Shown: positions 1 to 10,535, counted from the first letter of the stretch. The stretch is DNA of 64,000 bases from Lachnospirales bacterium (GCA_047974615.1 JBKECM010000082.1:30488-94487), one strand, 5' to 3'. Program-made: numbers and translations. The notes: generated by a model not told the origin, from the letters alone.

Positions 1-2
1 AT

Positions 3-1169
3 GTTGATTGTATTGTTTATTCATCTGCTATAAGTGATGATTTTTTAGAGCTTGCATATGGAAAATCACAAGGAATACATTGTATTAATCGTGGTGAAAT
101 GATTGGTGAAGTTTTAAAAAAATATGAAAAACCTTTATGTATAAGTGGTACTCATGGTAAAACTACTACAACTGCTTTAGTTGCTACTATGCTACTTTGT
201 GCAAATGAAAATCCTACTATTTCTGTAGGTGGTCATTTGCCTATTATTGATGGTGTATTTAAAATCGGTAATAACAAATTTTTTGTTTTAGAATCATGTG
301 AATATAAAAATAACTTTTTGAATTTTGGCGCAAGTACTGCTCTTATTATGAATATAGAAATGGACCATAGTGATTTTTTTAAAGATTTAGATGAAATATA
401 TACTACATTTAATAACTTTGCTAAAAATGCAAGTGAAAAAGTAATCATCAATATGGATATTAAAAACTATTTGGAAGTTTTACAAGATGTAAAGACAGAT
501 ATTGTAACTTATAGTTTATATAATGAAGATGCAAAATATTATGTTAAAAATATAGAGTATTCAAGTGCTGGAACTAATTTTGATTTATTTAAAGATGGTG
601 AAAAATTGGAAAGCTTTAATTCAAAGCTTTTAGGTGAACATAACTTATATAACTCTTTAAGTGCTTTAGTTACTGTTTTAGAAAATGATATTGATGTTAA
701 ATATTGTAAAAAAGGTTTATTAGAATTTACAGGCATAAATAGAAGATTTCAATACAAAGGCATTAAAGATGGTATAGTTGTGTATGACGATTATGCACAT
801 CACCCAACAGCTTGTAAAAAAACTTTAGAAACTTTTTTAAATTTAAAAAAGAAGGATATATATTGTATTTTCCAGCCACACACATATTCAAGAACAATTA
901 GTTTGCTTGATGAGTTTGCATCTTCTTTTAAAGATGTATCTAAAGTTCTTTTATTAGATATCTATGCGGCTCGTGAACAAGATTTAGGTGTTGTAAGTTC
1001 TAAGTTGTTAGCTGAAAAAATTAATGAGTATAGCAATAACGCTATTTATTTTAAAGATAAACTTGAATGTATTAACTTTTTAAAGGAAACTGCCCAAAAA
1101 GATGATATTATAATTACGCTTGGTGCAGGTGATGTTTATAGACTTGGGGAAGAGTTTTTAAAAGAATGA
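3..1169 (+). CDS. murC: UDP-N-acetylmuramate--L-alanine ligase MurC, 5' end cut by window edge
   Basis: Frame 3 is open from base 3 (VDCIVYSSAISDD..). Mur ligase ATP loop GTHGKTTTT; C-terminal DDYAHHP and ITLGAGD motifs. Track ORF 99-1169 is only the internal-Met version. Confidence 0.9.
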   Translation, partial: VDCIVYSSAISDDFLELAYGKSQGIHCINRGEMIGEVLKKYEKPLCISGTHGKTTTTALVATMLLCANENPTISVGGHLPIIDGVFKIGNNKFFVLESCEYKNNFLNFGASTALIMNIEMDHSDFFKDLDEIYTTFNNFAKNASEKVIINMDIKNYLEVLQDVKTDIVTYSLYNEDAKYYVKNIEYSSAGTNFDLFKDGEKLESFNSKLLGEHNLYNSLSALVTVLENDIDVKYCKKGLLEFTGINRRFQYKGIKDGIVVYDDYAHHPTACKKTLETFLNLKKKDIYCIFQPHTYSRTISLLDEFASSFKDVSKVLLLDIYAAREQDLGVVSSKLLAEKINEYSNNAIYFKDKLECINFLKETAQKDDIIITLGAGDVYRLGEEFLKE

Positions 1170-1181
1170 GGAGAACTTTAG

Positions 1182-2165
1182 ATGAAAAATTTACATATTA
1201 CAAAAGAACTTAAACCGGGAAAATTACATGATTTTTTAATTGATAAAATTTCAAATTTTCCTCCTGTTTATGTTGTTTTATATTTACACTTTAATGCTTT
1301 GGCTAAAAAAGATACTGTTGTTGATATTTGCGATATAGCTAAAAAATTTAATATCGTACTTACTGACGTGCTTTTAGCTTTAGAAAATTTTAAAGAACGT
1401 GATATGTTATTTTTAAAAAAAGATGGTGATGATCTTTATATATCATTTTCTGAAGAAGTTCAAATTGATAATTCAATATCTAAAAAAATAGAAAATGGCT
1501 GTTCTAATTATTCTCCTTTAGAACTTGAAGAACTTATAGAGAATAGCATCGAACTTAAAGAGTTTTATCAAAAGGCACAAGAGTCTTTTTCATATTCTTT
1601 TACATATGCTGATTATGAAAGACTTTTAGCTTGTCATGACTTATATATTTTGCCTTTGGAAGTTATACTTTCTGCTGTAGAATACTGTAAACTTGAAGAT
1701 AAACTAAGTATGGGATATTTAGAAAGCATTTGTAAAAAATTAAATATTGAAGAAGCTTTTACACTAGAACTTGCTCAAAAAGTACTAAAGTTATCGGGAG
1801 ATAGATATACAGAAATTTTAGAAACTTTGGGTATAAAAGGCACATTGAAACCTGTACAAAAGACTTTAATTGACACATGGTTTGACGATTTAAAGTATCC
1901 TATACAAATTATACTTGAAGCGTGTGATAAGGCTGTTTTAAGTACAAATAATCCAAATCTTAATTATGTAAATGGTATACTTAAAAACTGGAAAGATGCT
2001 GGCGTATCGACTATTTCAGAAATATCTGAATATGAAAAATCATATTCAAAATCTAACAATATTAAAAGAAAATCTAACACCAAAAATGAAAAATCTTCTA
2101 ATAATTTTGAAGGTAAGAGTATAAATTATAACGAAATAGAAAAACTTGAAAATACGTATTTATAA
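1182..2165 (+). CDS. DnaD-domain replication initiation / membrane attachment protein (DnaB/DnaD-like)
   Basis: 327 aa with a C-terminal DnaD-type repeat (NPNLNYVNGILKNWKDAGV). Sits directly upstream of dnaI, as in Firmicutes dnaB-dnaI operons. Confidence 0.7.
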   Translation: MKNLHITKELKPGKLHDFLIDKISNFPPVYVVLYLHFNALAKKDTVVDICDIAKKFNIVLTDVLLALENFKERDMLFLKKDGDDLYISFSEEVQIDNSISKKIENGCSNYSPLELEELIENSIELKEFYQKAQESFSYSFTYADYERLLACHDLYILPLEVILSAVEYCKLEDKLSMGYLESICKKLNIEEAFTLELAQKVLKLSGDRYTEILETLGIKGTLKPVQKTLIDTWFDDLKYPIQIILEACDKAVLSTNNPNLNYVNGILKNWKDAGVSTISEISEYEKSYSKSNNIKRKSNTKNEKSSNNFEGKSINYNEIEKLENTYL

Positions 2166-2175
2166 GGAGAAATAT

Positions 2176-3165
2176 ATGTTAGCAAAGTTACATGAAGATG
2201 TACAACGTGATTATGCAAATCAAAAAATTGAAAATTTGAATAAATTGAAAATACGTAAAGAAGAAGTACAAAAACTTTGCCCAGAAATTATAGATATTGA
2301 CGATAAACTTAAAAAACTGTACCCAAAACTTACTTTCATAGCATTAAATGGGTCTGAAGATGAAGCACTTGAAATGAAAATGCTTATAAATAGACTTTTA
2401 GATGATAAAAAAAGTATTTTAATAAAAAATAATATTGAACCGGATTATGTTAATAAGATTTATTTTTGTGAAAAATGTAAAGATACAGGACTTATTGAGG
2501 CAGGTGTTAGATGTCAATGTTATTACAATGCTCTATCTAAAAAAATGCTTGAAATGTTTAAACTTACAAAAAAACTTAATGAAGAAAACTTTGAAACATT
2601 TTCTTTAGATTTTTTTAGTAAGGATAAAGACCCAAATACGGGAGTTTCGCCTTATGACCAAATAAATAGTAATCTAAAAAAAATTCATAGTGCTACAAAA
2701 AATTCAGAGGACTTAGAAAATATTTATATTTATGGTGATACTGGTACAGGTAAAACTTTTTTACTTAACTGTATAGCAAATAAAGTACTTAATATGAATA
2801 ATTCTATTGTATATTTGCCGGCACAAGAACTTTTAAATATCATAAATGCTTTTAAGTTTAATAATAATACTCATGAATTTGCTAATGCTGAGTTTTATAA
2901 TTTTTTATGTAGTTGCGATATGCTTTTAATTGACGATTTAGGGACTGAAGCAAATACAACTTTTGCACAAGCTGAATTTTTTTATCTTTTGGACCTTAGA
3001 ATACGTAATAAAAGAGCAACTGTAATTAGTTCAAATTTGGGATTAGGTGATTTAGAAAATAATTATAATCAAAGAATTTCTTCACGTATAGTAGGAGAAT
3101 TTAACCTTTTGAAAATGAGTGGCACAAATATACGCATTTCAAAAAAATATGGACAAAATTTTTAA
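2176..3165 (+). CDS. dnaI: Helicase loader DnaI/DnaC-like AAA+ ATPase
   Basis: Walker A GDTGTGKTF, Walker B LLIDDLG, N-terminal Cys cluster CEKCKDTG..RCQC. Start placed at ATG 2176, 6 nt after AAGGAG, instead of track start 2146. Confidence 0.85.
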   Translation: MLAKLHEDVQRDYANQKIENLNKLKIRKEEVQKLCPEIIDIDDKLKKLYPKLTFIALNGSEDEALEMKMLINRLLDDKKSILIKNNIEPDYVNKIYFCEKCKDTGLIEAGVRCQCYYNALSKKMLEMFKLTKKLNEENFETFSLDFFSKDKDPNTGVSPYDQINSNLKKIHSATKNSEDLENIYIYGDTGTGKTFLLNCIANKVLNMNNSIVYLPAQELLNIINAFKFNNNTHEFANAEFYNFLCSCDMLLIDDLGTEANTTFAQAEFFYLLDLRIRNKRATVISSNLGLGDLENNYNQRISSRIVGEFNLLKMSGTNIRISKKYGQNF

Positions 3166-3235
3166 GTTATAAACTTATTAAGTTTATATACGTATATACT
3201 TATAAATAAATCTTACAAAAGATATGAGGTGGATT

Positions 3236-3904
3236 ATGACTTTTTTTGATAAACTAAAGAAAACATTTAAGTACTCTTTTTTAATTACTTCAATTTTCTT
3301 TATATGCTATATTATTCTTTTTACTGTACTGTATGGACCTTATATGGGTATTCTTTTTTCATTAGTTTTAACTTTTTTCACAAGCATAATAACTTTTTTT
3401 GTTATTTTTATAATGTTGATAAGTAAAAAACGTGAAAATGAAAAATATATTATTGAACCTAAAAAAGAGTTGACTGCTTTTGAATACAAAATTAAAGTTG
3501 TAAAATCTAATATTATAAAAATAAAAAAATCTTGTGATTATATTAATAATGATAGACTAAAGAAACAAGTTGATGAATTTATATTAAAATCAAATAGAGT
3601 ATTAAATATATGTGATAAAGATAATGAAAAAGAATTAAATAACTTTTTTGAATTTTGTGTTCCTACTGTCTTAGAACTTATGTTAGAATATGAAAAGTAT
3701 GAAAAACTTCAAATAAATACTGAGGAAGCTAAGCATTTTAAAGAAAAAGTTATCTCATCTATAGATGAAATAAATGATAGGGTTTCTTCAATAGAAAAAA
3801 CTTATATTAAAAAAAACACTGAAAAGTTTGACGTTAATGTTAAAACTTTAAATACAATACTTGAACTTGATGGATTTGAGGCTTTAACAGAAGATAAGGA
3901 GTAA
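3236..3904 (+). CDS. Membrane protein, XpaC-like (5-bromo-4-chloroindolyl phosphate hydrolysis family) partner of TelA
   Basis: Two N-terminal hydrophobic helices followed by a helical region. Immediately upstream of the TelA-family gene, which is the usual pairing. Start at ATG 3236 behind GAGGTGG. Confidence 0.5.
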   Translation: MTFFDKLKKTFKYSFLITSIFFICYIILFTVLYGPYMGILFSLVLTFFTSIITFFVIFIMLISKKRENEKYIIEPKKELTAFEYKIKVVKSNIIKIKKSCDYINNDRLKKQVDEFILKSNRVLNICDKDNEKELNNFFEFCVPTVLELMLEYEKYEKLQINTEEAKHFKEKVISSIDEINDRVSSIEKTYIKKNTEKFDVNVKTLNTILELDGFEALTEDKE

Positions 3905-3907
3905 TTT

Positions 3908-5152
3908 ATGAGTATAGATTTGGAATTTGATGAATTAGTAAACAATGTGAGCAAGGAAGATAATGTTGTGTCTGAAATAGTTCCTACTGCTAGCCATAGC
4001 AATGAGTCAGCTTTGGTTTTTGAAGAAACTAATAAGACTGAAGGAACTCTAAAAGTTAGCAATAAAGGCGATTATGAAGTGGATAAAGAATTTTTACTTG
4101 ATACATTATCAGATAATGAAAAAAAAGAAGTTTTAGATTTTGTTGATAAGATAGAACTTGATAAAACAGCATCTGTTATGGCGTATGGTCAAAAATCACA
4201 AAAAAAATTAGAAAATATGTCTAATAATATGATTAAAGAGGTGAGACTCAAAGATGTAGGTCTTGTTGGTGATAGTATAACTAAACTTGTACAAGAACTG
4301 AAGGGAATCGAAGCTGTTGACGAAGACAAGTCTTTTTTTGCTTTTATGAAGCCTAAAAACATTAAAAACAAAGTTGAAAATTATAAAATCAAATATGGTA
4401 CTGTTGAAAAAAATATCGATAATATAGTAGGGGAAATGAATAATCATAAAGTTAACCTTATTCGTGATATTCATAATCTTGATAACTTATATGAACTAAA
4501 TAAAGAACAATTTAAAGAGCTTACAATGTATATTGTTGCAGGTGAAGAAAAGCTTAAAAGATTTTATAAAGAGGATATTGAGAAAAAGAGAGCTGAGGCA
4601 GTTGAGTCAAATAGTCAAGTTACTGCACAAGAACTACAAGACTTAATCAGTCAAGCTAATCGTTTTGAAAAAAGGTTGCATGACTTAAAATTATCAAGGA
4701 TAGTTTGTTTACAGTTTGCTCCACAAATTCGACTTATTCAAAATAACGACACTGAACTTTTAGAAAAAATTCAAAGTACCGTTAATAACTCTATCCCTAT
4801 TTGGCGTTCTAATATGATAATTTCTATGGGTCTTGAAAATAGCAGAAAAGCTTTAGAAGCACAAAAGGCTGTTACAGATATGACTAATGATTTATTAAAG
4901 AAAAACTCTGAACTATTAAAACAAGGTTCTATCGAAATAGCTAAAGAAACAGAACGCGGAATTATTGACCTTGAAACAATACAACTTATTAATAATAATC
5001 TCATTAGTACATTAAATGAAGTTGTCGTTATTCATAGAGATGGTATCGAAAAACGTAAAAATGTAGAAATTGAACTTCATTCTATTGAAAATAATTTAAA
5101 AAAGCAAATATTAACTACAGCAGATGAAAGAATTGCTATTGCTAATAAATAA
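3908..5152 (+). CDS. Toxic anion resistance protein, TelA family
   Basis: 414 aa, coiled-coil rich, with TelA-like blocks (YGQKSQKKLENMSN, LYELNKEQFKELTMYIVAGEEKL). RBS AAGGAG. Confidence 0.75.
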   Translation: MSIDLEFDELVNNVSKEDNVVSEIVPTASHSNESALVFEETNKTEGTLKVSNKGDYEVDKEFLLDTLSDNEKKEVLDFVDKIELDKTASVMAYGQKSQKKLENMSNNMIKEVRLKDVGLVGDSITKLVQELKGIEAVDEDKSFFAFMKPKNIKNKVENYKIKYGTVEKNIDNIVGEMNNHKVNLIRDIHNLDNLYELNKEQFKELTMYIVAGEEKLKRFYKEDIEKKRAEAVESNSQVTAQELQDLISQANRFEKRLHDLKLSRIVCLQFAPQIRLIQNNDTELLEKIQSTVNNSIPIWRSNMIISMGLENSRKALEAQKAVTDMTNDLLKKNSELLKQGSIEIAKETERGIIDLETIQLINNNLISTLNEVVVIHRDGIEKRKNVEIELHSIENNLKKQILTTADERIAIANK

Positions 5153-5199
5153 TATTTGTAGTATAATAAACTTGTAGCAAAGTTGATTTTGCTGAAAAA

Positions 5200-5228
5200 A
5201 TAAACCTAACGTTTGTTAGGTTTATTTT
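5200..5228 (+). terminator. Intrinsic terminator after the TelA-family gene
   Basis: AAACCTAAC-GTTT-GTTAGGTTT hairpin followed by ATTTTA. Confidence 0.6.
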
Positions 5229-5294
5229 ACGATTAACTATAATATATTAGCAAAATGTTTAGTTAATTAAGGCAAAGTAAATTAAGGAGTTTGT

Positions 5295-5837
5295 ATGTTT
5301 AAAATTAGAGAAATAACACTTGTTGGGGTTTTTGTTGCACTACTTTCAGTATTTTCTCAAGTTTCAATTCCTACACCCATTTTAGTACCAATAAATTTAG
5401 GTTTATTAGGTGTATTTTTTATAGGAAGTATGTTGAGGCGTAAACTTTCTATTATGGTTATTTTAATATATTTACTAGTTGGTGCTATAGGAATACCTGT
5501 TTTTTCAAATTTTGGAGGAGGAATAGGGCATTTGTTTGGTCCAACTGGAGGTTTTTTATTTGGTTACTTGATTGCAGTTATAGTTATCGGATATATCGAG
5601 CATAAAAAACCAAAAGATTTAACAAGAAATGTTTCGATACTTTTGTATTTTATAACTTTTTTTGTAGCTACTATGATAACTTATTTTGTGGGCTCTTTTT
5701 GGCTTGCATTTGTTAATAATACAGATTTTTTAACTACTTTTAAGAGTATTTTTTTAGGTTTTATTTTAGTTGACCTTATTAAAATAACTATAGGTAGTTT
5801 AATAATTTTTGATTTAAAAAGAATTTTGAATAAATAA
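5295..5837 (+). CDS. bioY: Biotin transporter BioY (ECF S component)
   Basis: 180 aa, six hydrophobic segments, BioY signature GPTGGFLFGY and GIPVFSNFGGG. Confidence 0.85.
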   Translation: MFKIREITLVGVFVALLSVFSQVSIPTPILVPINLGLLGVFFIGSMLRRKLSIMVILIYLLVGAIGIPVFSNFGGGIGHLFGPTGGFLFGYLIAVIVIGYIEHKKPKDLTRNVSILLYFITFFVATMITYFVGSFWLAFVNNTDFLTTFKSIFLGFILVDLIKITIGSLIIFDLKRILNK

Positions 5838-5858
5838 ATTTAAATAAATGGAGTATAT

Positions 5859-7139
5859 ATGAATGAAGTAGTTTTAGCTGTAAGTATTTTTGTTATTACT
5901 TACGGTATTATAATATCAGAAAAAATAAACAAAGTTGCAATTAGTATACTTGGTGCTACTCTTGTAGTAATGCTAGGTATATTATCACAAGAACAAGCTA
6001 TTGACTATATAGAATTTAATACAATAGGTTTACTTATTGGTATGATGGTTATAGTTGGTGTTTTGAAAAGTAGTGGTATATTTGAATATTTAGCTATTTA
6101 TGTAGCTAAGAAAGTTAAAGGCGACCCTTGGAAAATTTTAGTTATACTTGGTGTTTTAACTGCTTTTGCTTCTGCTTTTTTAGATAACGTTACAGTTGTG
6201 CTTTTAGTTGCGCCAGTTACTCTTGTAATAACTGAAACTCTCGATATTGATGCACGACCTTTTTTGATTTCTCAAATTTTGCTATCTAATATTGGTGGTA
6301 CTGCGACACTTATAGGTGATCCACCTAACGTTATGATAGGTAGTAGCACTAATTTAACTTTTAATGACTTTTTAGTAAATCTTGCACCTGTTGTTGTTAT
6401 TGTAACTATTGTGTTTATTATATGCTTTAAGTTTATGCTTAAAAAATATGCTAAAAATATGGAATCAAAAAAAGAAAATATCGAATTACTTATGTCTATG
6501 GACGAAAAAGCATCTATAACAAATCCTGCACTTCTTAAAAAAAGTATTATAGTTTTGGCTTTAACTATTTTATCTTTTTGGTTATCTGAAGCAATACACA
6601 TTGAACTTTCAATATTAGCTTTGTTTTTTGCTGGAGTTATGCTAACTATAACTTACGTAGATGTGGAAGAAATTTTTGTACATGTTGAATGGACAACACT
6701 TACTTTTTTTGTTGCTTTATTTGTTTTAGTTGGTGCATTGGTTCAAGTAGGCTTTATCGATACCTTAGCTTCTGGTATGGTAAATATTACTCATGGTGAT
6801 GTGCTACTTGCTACAATGATTATTTTATGGGGTTCAGGGCTTGCATCTTCATTTTTAAACAATATACCTTTTGTTGCAACAATGATACCGCTTATTACAG
6901 CTATGGGTACTAGTGGAATGGATATTGAGCCATTGTGGTGGGCTTTAGCTCTCGGTGCTTGTTTTGGTGGTAATGGTACAATTATAGGTTCATCTGCTGG
7001 AGTTATTGTTGTGGGTGTTTGTGAAAAACGTGGGCAAAAAATAAGCTTTATGCAATATTTTAAAGCAGCATTTCCTTTAACATTAATTTCATTATTAATC
7101 TCAAGTATTTATTTATATGTGAAATTTTTTCTAATTTAA
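5859..7139 (+). CDS. ArsB/NhaD-superfamily (citrate-transporter-like) permease
   Basis: 426 aa polytopic membrane protein with an internal duplication and GDPPNVMIGS / FLNNIPFVATMIP motifs typical of the family. Confidence 0.7.
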   Translation: MNEVVLAVSIFVITYGIIISEKINKVAISILGATLVVMLGILSQEQAIDYIEFNTIGLLIGMMVIVGVLKSSGIFEYLAIYVAKKVKGDPWKILVILGVLTAFASAFLDNVTVVLLVAPVTLVITETLDIDARPFLISQILLSNIGGTATLIGDPPNVMIGSSTNLTFNDFLVNLAPVVVIVTIVFIICFKFMLKKYAKNMESKKENIELLMSMDEKASITNPALLKKSIIVLALTILSFWLSEAIHIELSILALFFAGVMLTITYVDVEEIFVHVEWTTLTFFVALFVLVGALVQVGFIDTLASGMVNITHGDVLLATMIILWGSGLASSFLNNIPFVATMIPLITAMGTSGMDIEPLWWALALGACFGGNGTIIGSSAGVIVVGVCEKRGQKISFMQYFKAAFPLTLISLLISSIYLYVKFFLI

Positions 7140-7149
7140 GGAGGATTTT

Positions 7150-7659
7150 ATGAACAAAACAAAATTTAAAAGAAATATTAACAACGATATCGTTGCATCG
7201 CATCACAGAATTAAACTACAACACTCCGGAGGAAAAGTTAATCAAATCGATTCAAAGGTTTGCTATGTAAGTTTTATGGTTGGAGATATTGAAGTAGAAT
7301 ATGTGTATAACATTAATCATCACGATATGTTTTTCATAGAGCGTATTAAGCCATATCCTGAACCTTTTGATACATTTAATGATGAAAAAGCCGTAGTTGA
7401 TCAGATTTTAGATGATGTTGAAAGATTTAAAAAAGCTAATAAATCTAAAAATATTGAGGAATTTATAGATATAAATAAATCTCTAAGTCAATTAATCAAA
7501 AATTTTGAAGATTTATATCTTTATTATAATGTTCCAAAAAAAGATGCAGACGATATTTATGAAAAGGTTGAAAATCTTGTTGAAATAGTATATAATATAA
7601 AGAATAACTCTGAAAGGGTATATTTTGATAGCGAACCTAAATCATTTGATAATGATTAG
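7150..7659 (+). CDS. Hypothetical protein
   Basis: 169-aa ORF with strong RBS TAAGGAGG and typical codon usage. No domain recognised. Confidence 0.6.
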   Translation: MNKTKFKRNINNDIVASHHRIKLQHSGGKVNQIDSKVCYVSFMVGDIEVEYVYNINHHDMFFIERIKPYPEPFDTFNDEKAVVDQILDDVERFKKANKSKNIEEFIDINKSLSQLIKNFEDLYLYYNVPKKDADDIYEKVENLVEIVYNIKNNSERVYFDSEPKSFDND

Positions 7660-7699
7660 TATTTATAAGAATAATGTTGTGTGGGTAGGGTAAACACTT

Positions 7700-9259
7700 A
7701 TGGATGTTTTTAATGAAATTTTTAAAATTTTAACTATTGTTTTTATAATATTTTATTGTATTGTTCTACAAGCAGTAGGCAAAAATGAACCGACGAAAAT
7801 AAATAAATATTTCAGTTGGTATTTGATAACTTCAATAATAGGGCAAATAGCCATTTATGCAACTTTAATTGATTTTTTCTTACCTTTTAATCATTTTTTT
7901 TATAAGATATCAAGTGTAACACTTGCTTTTGTTATTCCTTTTTGGATTCTTCTTGTTTTATCAAATGTTCTTGAAGATTTTGATGCAGAAACTAAGACTA
8001 TGAAGACGACAAAAAGAATTATAACAGCAGCTTTTATACCTGCTATTGTATTATCTATTGTACTTTTTTCTTTGCCTATGGAAGAAAAGATATATACGAT
8101 TGTAGATATTTTTAAATTTTCACATGAAAAAATACCGGTTTTACTTTTTCTCTATGCTATAATTACTATTGCTTTTATTTTATATGCAATGTTTAAGGTT
8201 AAAAAAGAGCTAAATGGTATGACTAGCTCTAAAAAATACTTTTTGTATTTTTCATTTTATACTTTAGGATTTTATGTTTTAGTACTTTTATCAACTATTA
8301 CAAGTTATAATATGAGTTATTTTTCTGTAAATATTATTATTTTTGTAATTGCATATGGTTTTTACAACGAAAGCTATTATAACAATAATTTTGCGAATAA
8401 AAATGCAATTATGACAGTTGTTATGAGTCGTATTCAGCAACCTTTTTTAGTATGTAATGTTAATAAAGAAATTGTTAGTGTTAATGATGCTGTAAAAGAT
8501 ATAATTCCAGAGTTTAAGTATGCTAATCAATTACGTCAAAAGATATATAATATACCAAGTTTAAGTTCTGTAGCACAAGAAATGGATAGAGATTGTGCTA
8601 GTGTTAATTTAACAATATTTACTGATGAATGTGTTAAATATTTAGAGGCATCAATATCTTGTGTTTTAGAAAAAGGTAAAATAATTGGTTATGGTATTGT
8701 AATTTACGACCAGACACCATTAATGATTGCTATCAAAAAACAAAAAAAACTTGCAGAAGAAGATTATTTAACTAATATATATAATAGACGTACCTTTATG
8801 AGGGAATGTAATATTTTATTATCTACTGCCCTAGAAGAAAAAGAAAATTATGCTGTTTTAATGCTCGATATCGATAATTTTAAAAAGGTTAATGATACAT
8901 ACTCACATTTAGCAGGTGACATTGTACTTGTTGAATTTGCAAATAAAATTAAGCAAACTATTAGTTACAAAATGTTATTTTCGAGATATGGTGGAGAAGA
9001 ATTTGCTATTTTCTTGACTAGCTATAATAAAGAAAGCATAGAAAAATATGCTGAAAAACTAAATGAAATTGTACGTGATATGGTAATAAAATATAAAGAA
9101 GAAAATATAAAGATAACAGTTTCTATAGGTATTTCTTTCGTAAGTACAGGAACTAAAATACCTTTTTCTAAGATATTATCTCAAGCAGATGAAGCTTTAT
9201 ATGAATCTAAAACATCGGGCAAGGACAAGTATACTATTTATACAAATGATACACTTTAA
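7700..9259 (+). CDS. Membrane-anchored diguanylate cyclase (GGDEF domain)
   Basis: N-terminal ~230 aa with multiple TM helices, a central sensor-like region, and a C-terminal GGDEF domain with active-site RYGGEEF. Confidence 0.85.
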   Translation: MDVFNEIFKILTIVFIIFYCIVLQAVGKNEPTKINKYFSWYLITSIIGQIAIYATLIDFFLPFNHFFYKISSVTLAFVIPFWILLVLSNVLEDFDAETKTMKTTKRIITAAFIPAIVLSIVLFSLPMEEKIYTIVDIFKFSHEKIPVLLFLYAIITIAFILYAMFKVKKELNGMTSSKKYFLYFSFYTLGFYVLVLLSTITSYNMSYFSVNIIIFVIAYGFYNESYYNNNFANKNAIMTVVMSRIQQPFLVCNVNKEIVSVNDAVKDIIPEFKYANQLRQKIYNIPSLSSVAQEMDRDCASVNLTIFTDECVKYLEASISCVLEKGKIIGYGIVIYDQTPLMIAIKKQKKLAEEDYLTNIYNRRTFMRECNILLSTALEEKENYAVLMLDIDNFKKVNDTYSHLAGDIVLVEFANKIKQTISYKMLFSRYGGEEFAIFLTSYNKESIEKYAEKLNEIVRDMVIKYKEENIKITVSIGISFVSTGTKIPFSKILSQADEALYESKTSGKDKYTIYTNDTL

Positions 9260-9290
9260 AATTTAATTGGTTTATTAATTGATATAAAAA

Positions 9291-9332
9291 AAGATTTTAA
9301 GAAATTATTAAGTTTCTTAAAATCTTTTTTTT
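9291..9332 (+). terminator. Intrinsic terminator after the GGDEF gene
   Basis: AAGATTTTAAGAAA / TTTCTTAAAATCTT 14-bp stem, 8-nt loop, T-run. Confidence 0.8.
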
Positions 9333-9360
9333 ATTGTGCAGTTTTATAAGCATACTACAG

Positions 9361-9414
9361 AGTGGAGATAATATTTCCAGACGAGAAACGCTCAGCTTTT
9401 GACTTTGTCAAAAG
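9361..9414. repeat. Repeat fragment (module Y) homologous to the interior of F2-a
   Basis: AGTGGAGATA..CAGACGAGAAACG matches AGTGAGATA..CAGCGAGAAACG at 54211-54246. Followed by hairpin CTTTTGAC-TTT-GTCAAAAG (9396-9414). Confidence 0.6.
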
Positions 9415-9425
9415 TCTTTGATTTA

Positions 9426-10535
9426 TTAATAAGTAAAAGTTGAAATTTTATCGTATAAATCTTCTAATTTAATGCTTTCAACTAGTTCATCTGTTCCATA
9501 ATCGTAAGTGTTAAATATTATATCAACTTCATTTATATCTAATTCGTTATATGTATAATAACCGTAAATTGCAGCATATAGAGATGGATAAACGTATGGA
9601 ATAGTTTCATCATAAAATGCATTATCGATATAGATATTTAACTCTGTATAAGTATCATTTACTTCGATTGAGTATAGGTTTGAAAGCTCTGTTAAATTTT
9701 GCATTGTTGATTTTGCATTATCAAGTTGATATTTATACAATTCACCAATGAAAAAACTAAATGTACGTGGTAAAGTAATATCAAAAGTTGTGTCATTATA
9801 TGCTACATCAATGTTGTATGTTTCAAATAAAGATAAGTCACTTGAAAAGTATTCAAGGAGTTCATATGGATAACTTACTGTTGTGAAAAAGTTTTCATAA
9901 CTAAATGTATTAATTATTTCACCGGAATTGTTATCTATAATTACTAGATTACTTGTTATTTCATCAAGTGGAACATCAGTGTAAATTTGGTAGCAAACAC
10001 TATTTAAAATAAAACTTTCAAACTCTACAAAGAGTGCATATGAAAATGAGTCATCAACAAAAAAATTAAAGTCAGTATAGTCTTCGTTTGCAGTAACATC
10101 TGTAAAAGTTTTATACTCTGTTTTTAGTGTTTCAATATAGTCGAGAATTGAAGCTTCGATTTGTTCGCTCATATCAAGTGCTTCGGAAACAGGAATCTCA
10201 TATACTGCTGAATTATTATCCATTATCTCTGGCATATATTCTCCAAGAGCTAAAGTATCAGCAATAAGCATATTATTTTCGTCAAAATATGATACTTCAG
10301 TCGCCATATAGTCAAGAATTTGCCAGTACTTTTCGGGAAACTCATAACTTTTAATTTCACCACTATCTTCGGTAGTTTCATTTTCTGTTACTTCGTTTTC
10401 AGTAGTTTCATTTTCAGTTTCTGTATTTTCTACTGGATTTGTGTCTGTAGTTGTTGTATCCGTCGTTGCTTCGTTACTTGTACATGAGCTAAGAGCAAAA
10501 GTAAGTAACATAATATTAAATATTTTCTTTTTCAT
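9426..10535 (-). CDS. Lipoprotein, function unknown
   Basis: Signal peptide with lipobox LSSC, acidic T/E/N-rich linker (TETENETTENEVTENETTED). No domain recognised. Confidence 0.7.
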   Translation of the reverse strand: MKKKIFNIMLLTFALSSCTSNEATTDTTTTDTNPVENTETENETTENEVTENETTEDSGEIKSYEFPEKYWQILDYMATEVSYFDENNMLIADTLALGEYMPEIMDNNSAVYEIPVSEALDMSEQIEASILDYIETLKTEYKTFTDVTANEDYTDFNFFVDDSFSYALFVEFESFILNSVCYQIYTDVPLDEITSNLVIIDNNSGEIINTFSYENFFTTVSYPYELLEYFSSDLSLFETYNIDVAYNDTTFDITLPRTFSFFIGELYKYQLDNAKSTMQNLTELSNLYSIEVNDTYTELNIYIDNAFYDETIPYVYPSLYAAIYGYYTYNELDINEVDIIFNTYDYGTDELVESIKLEDLYDKISTFTY

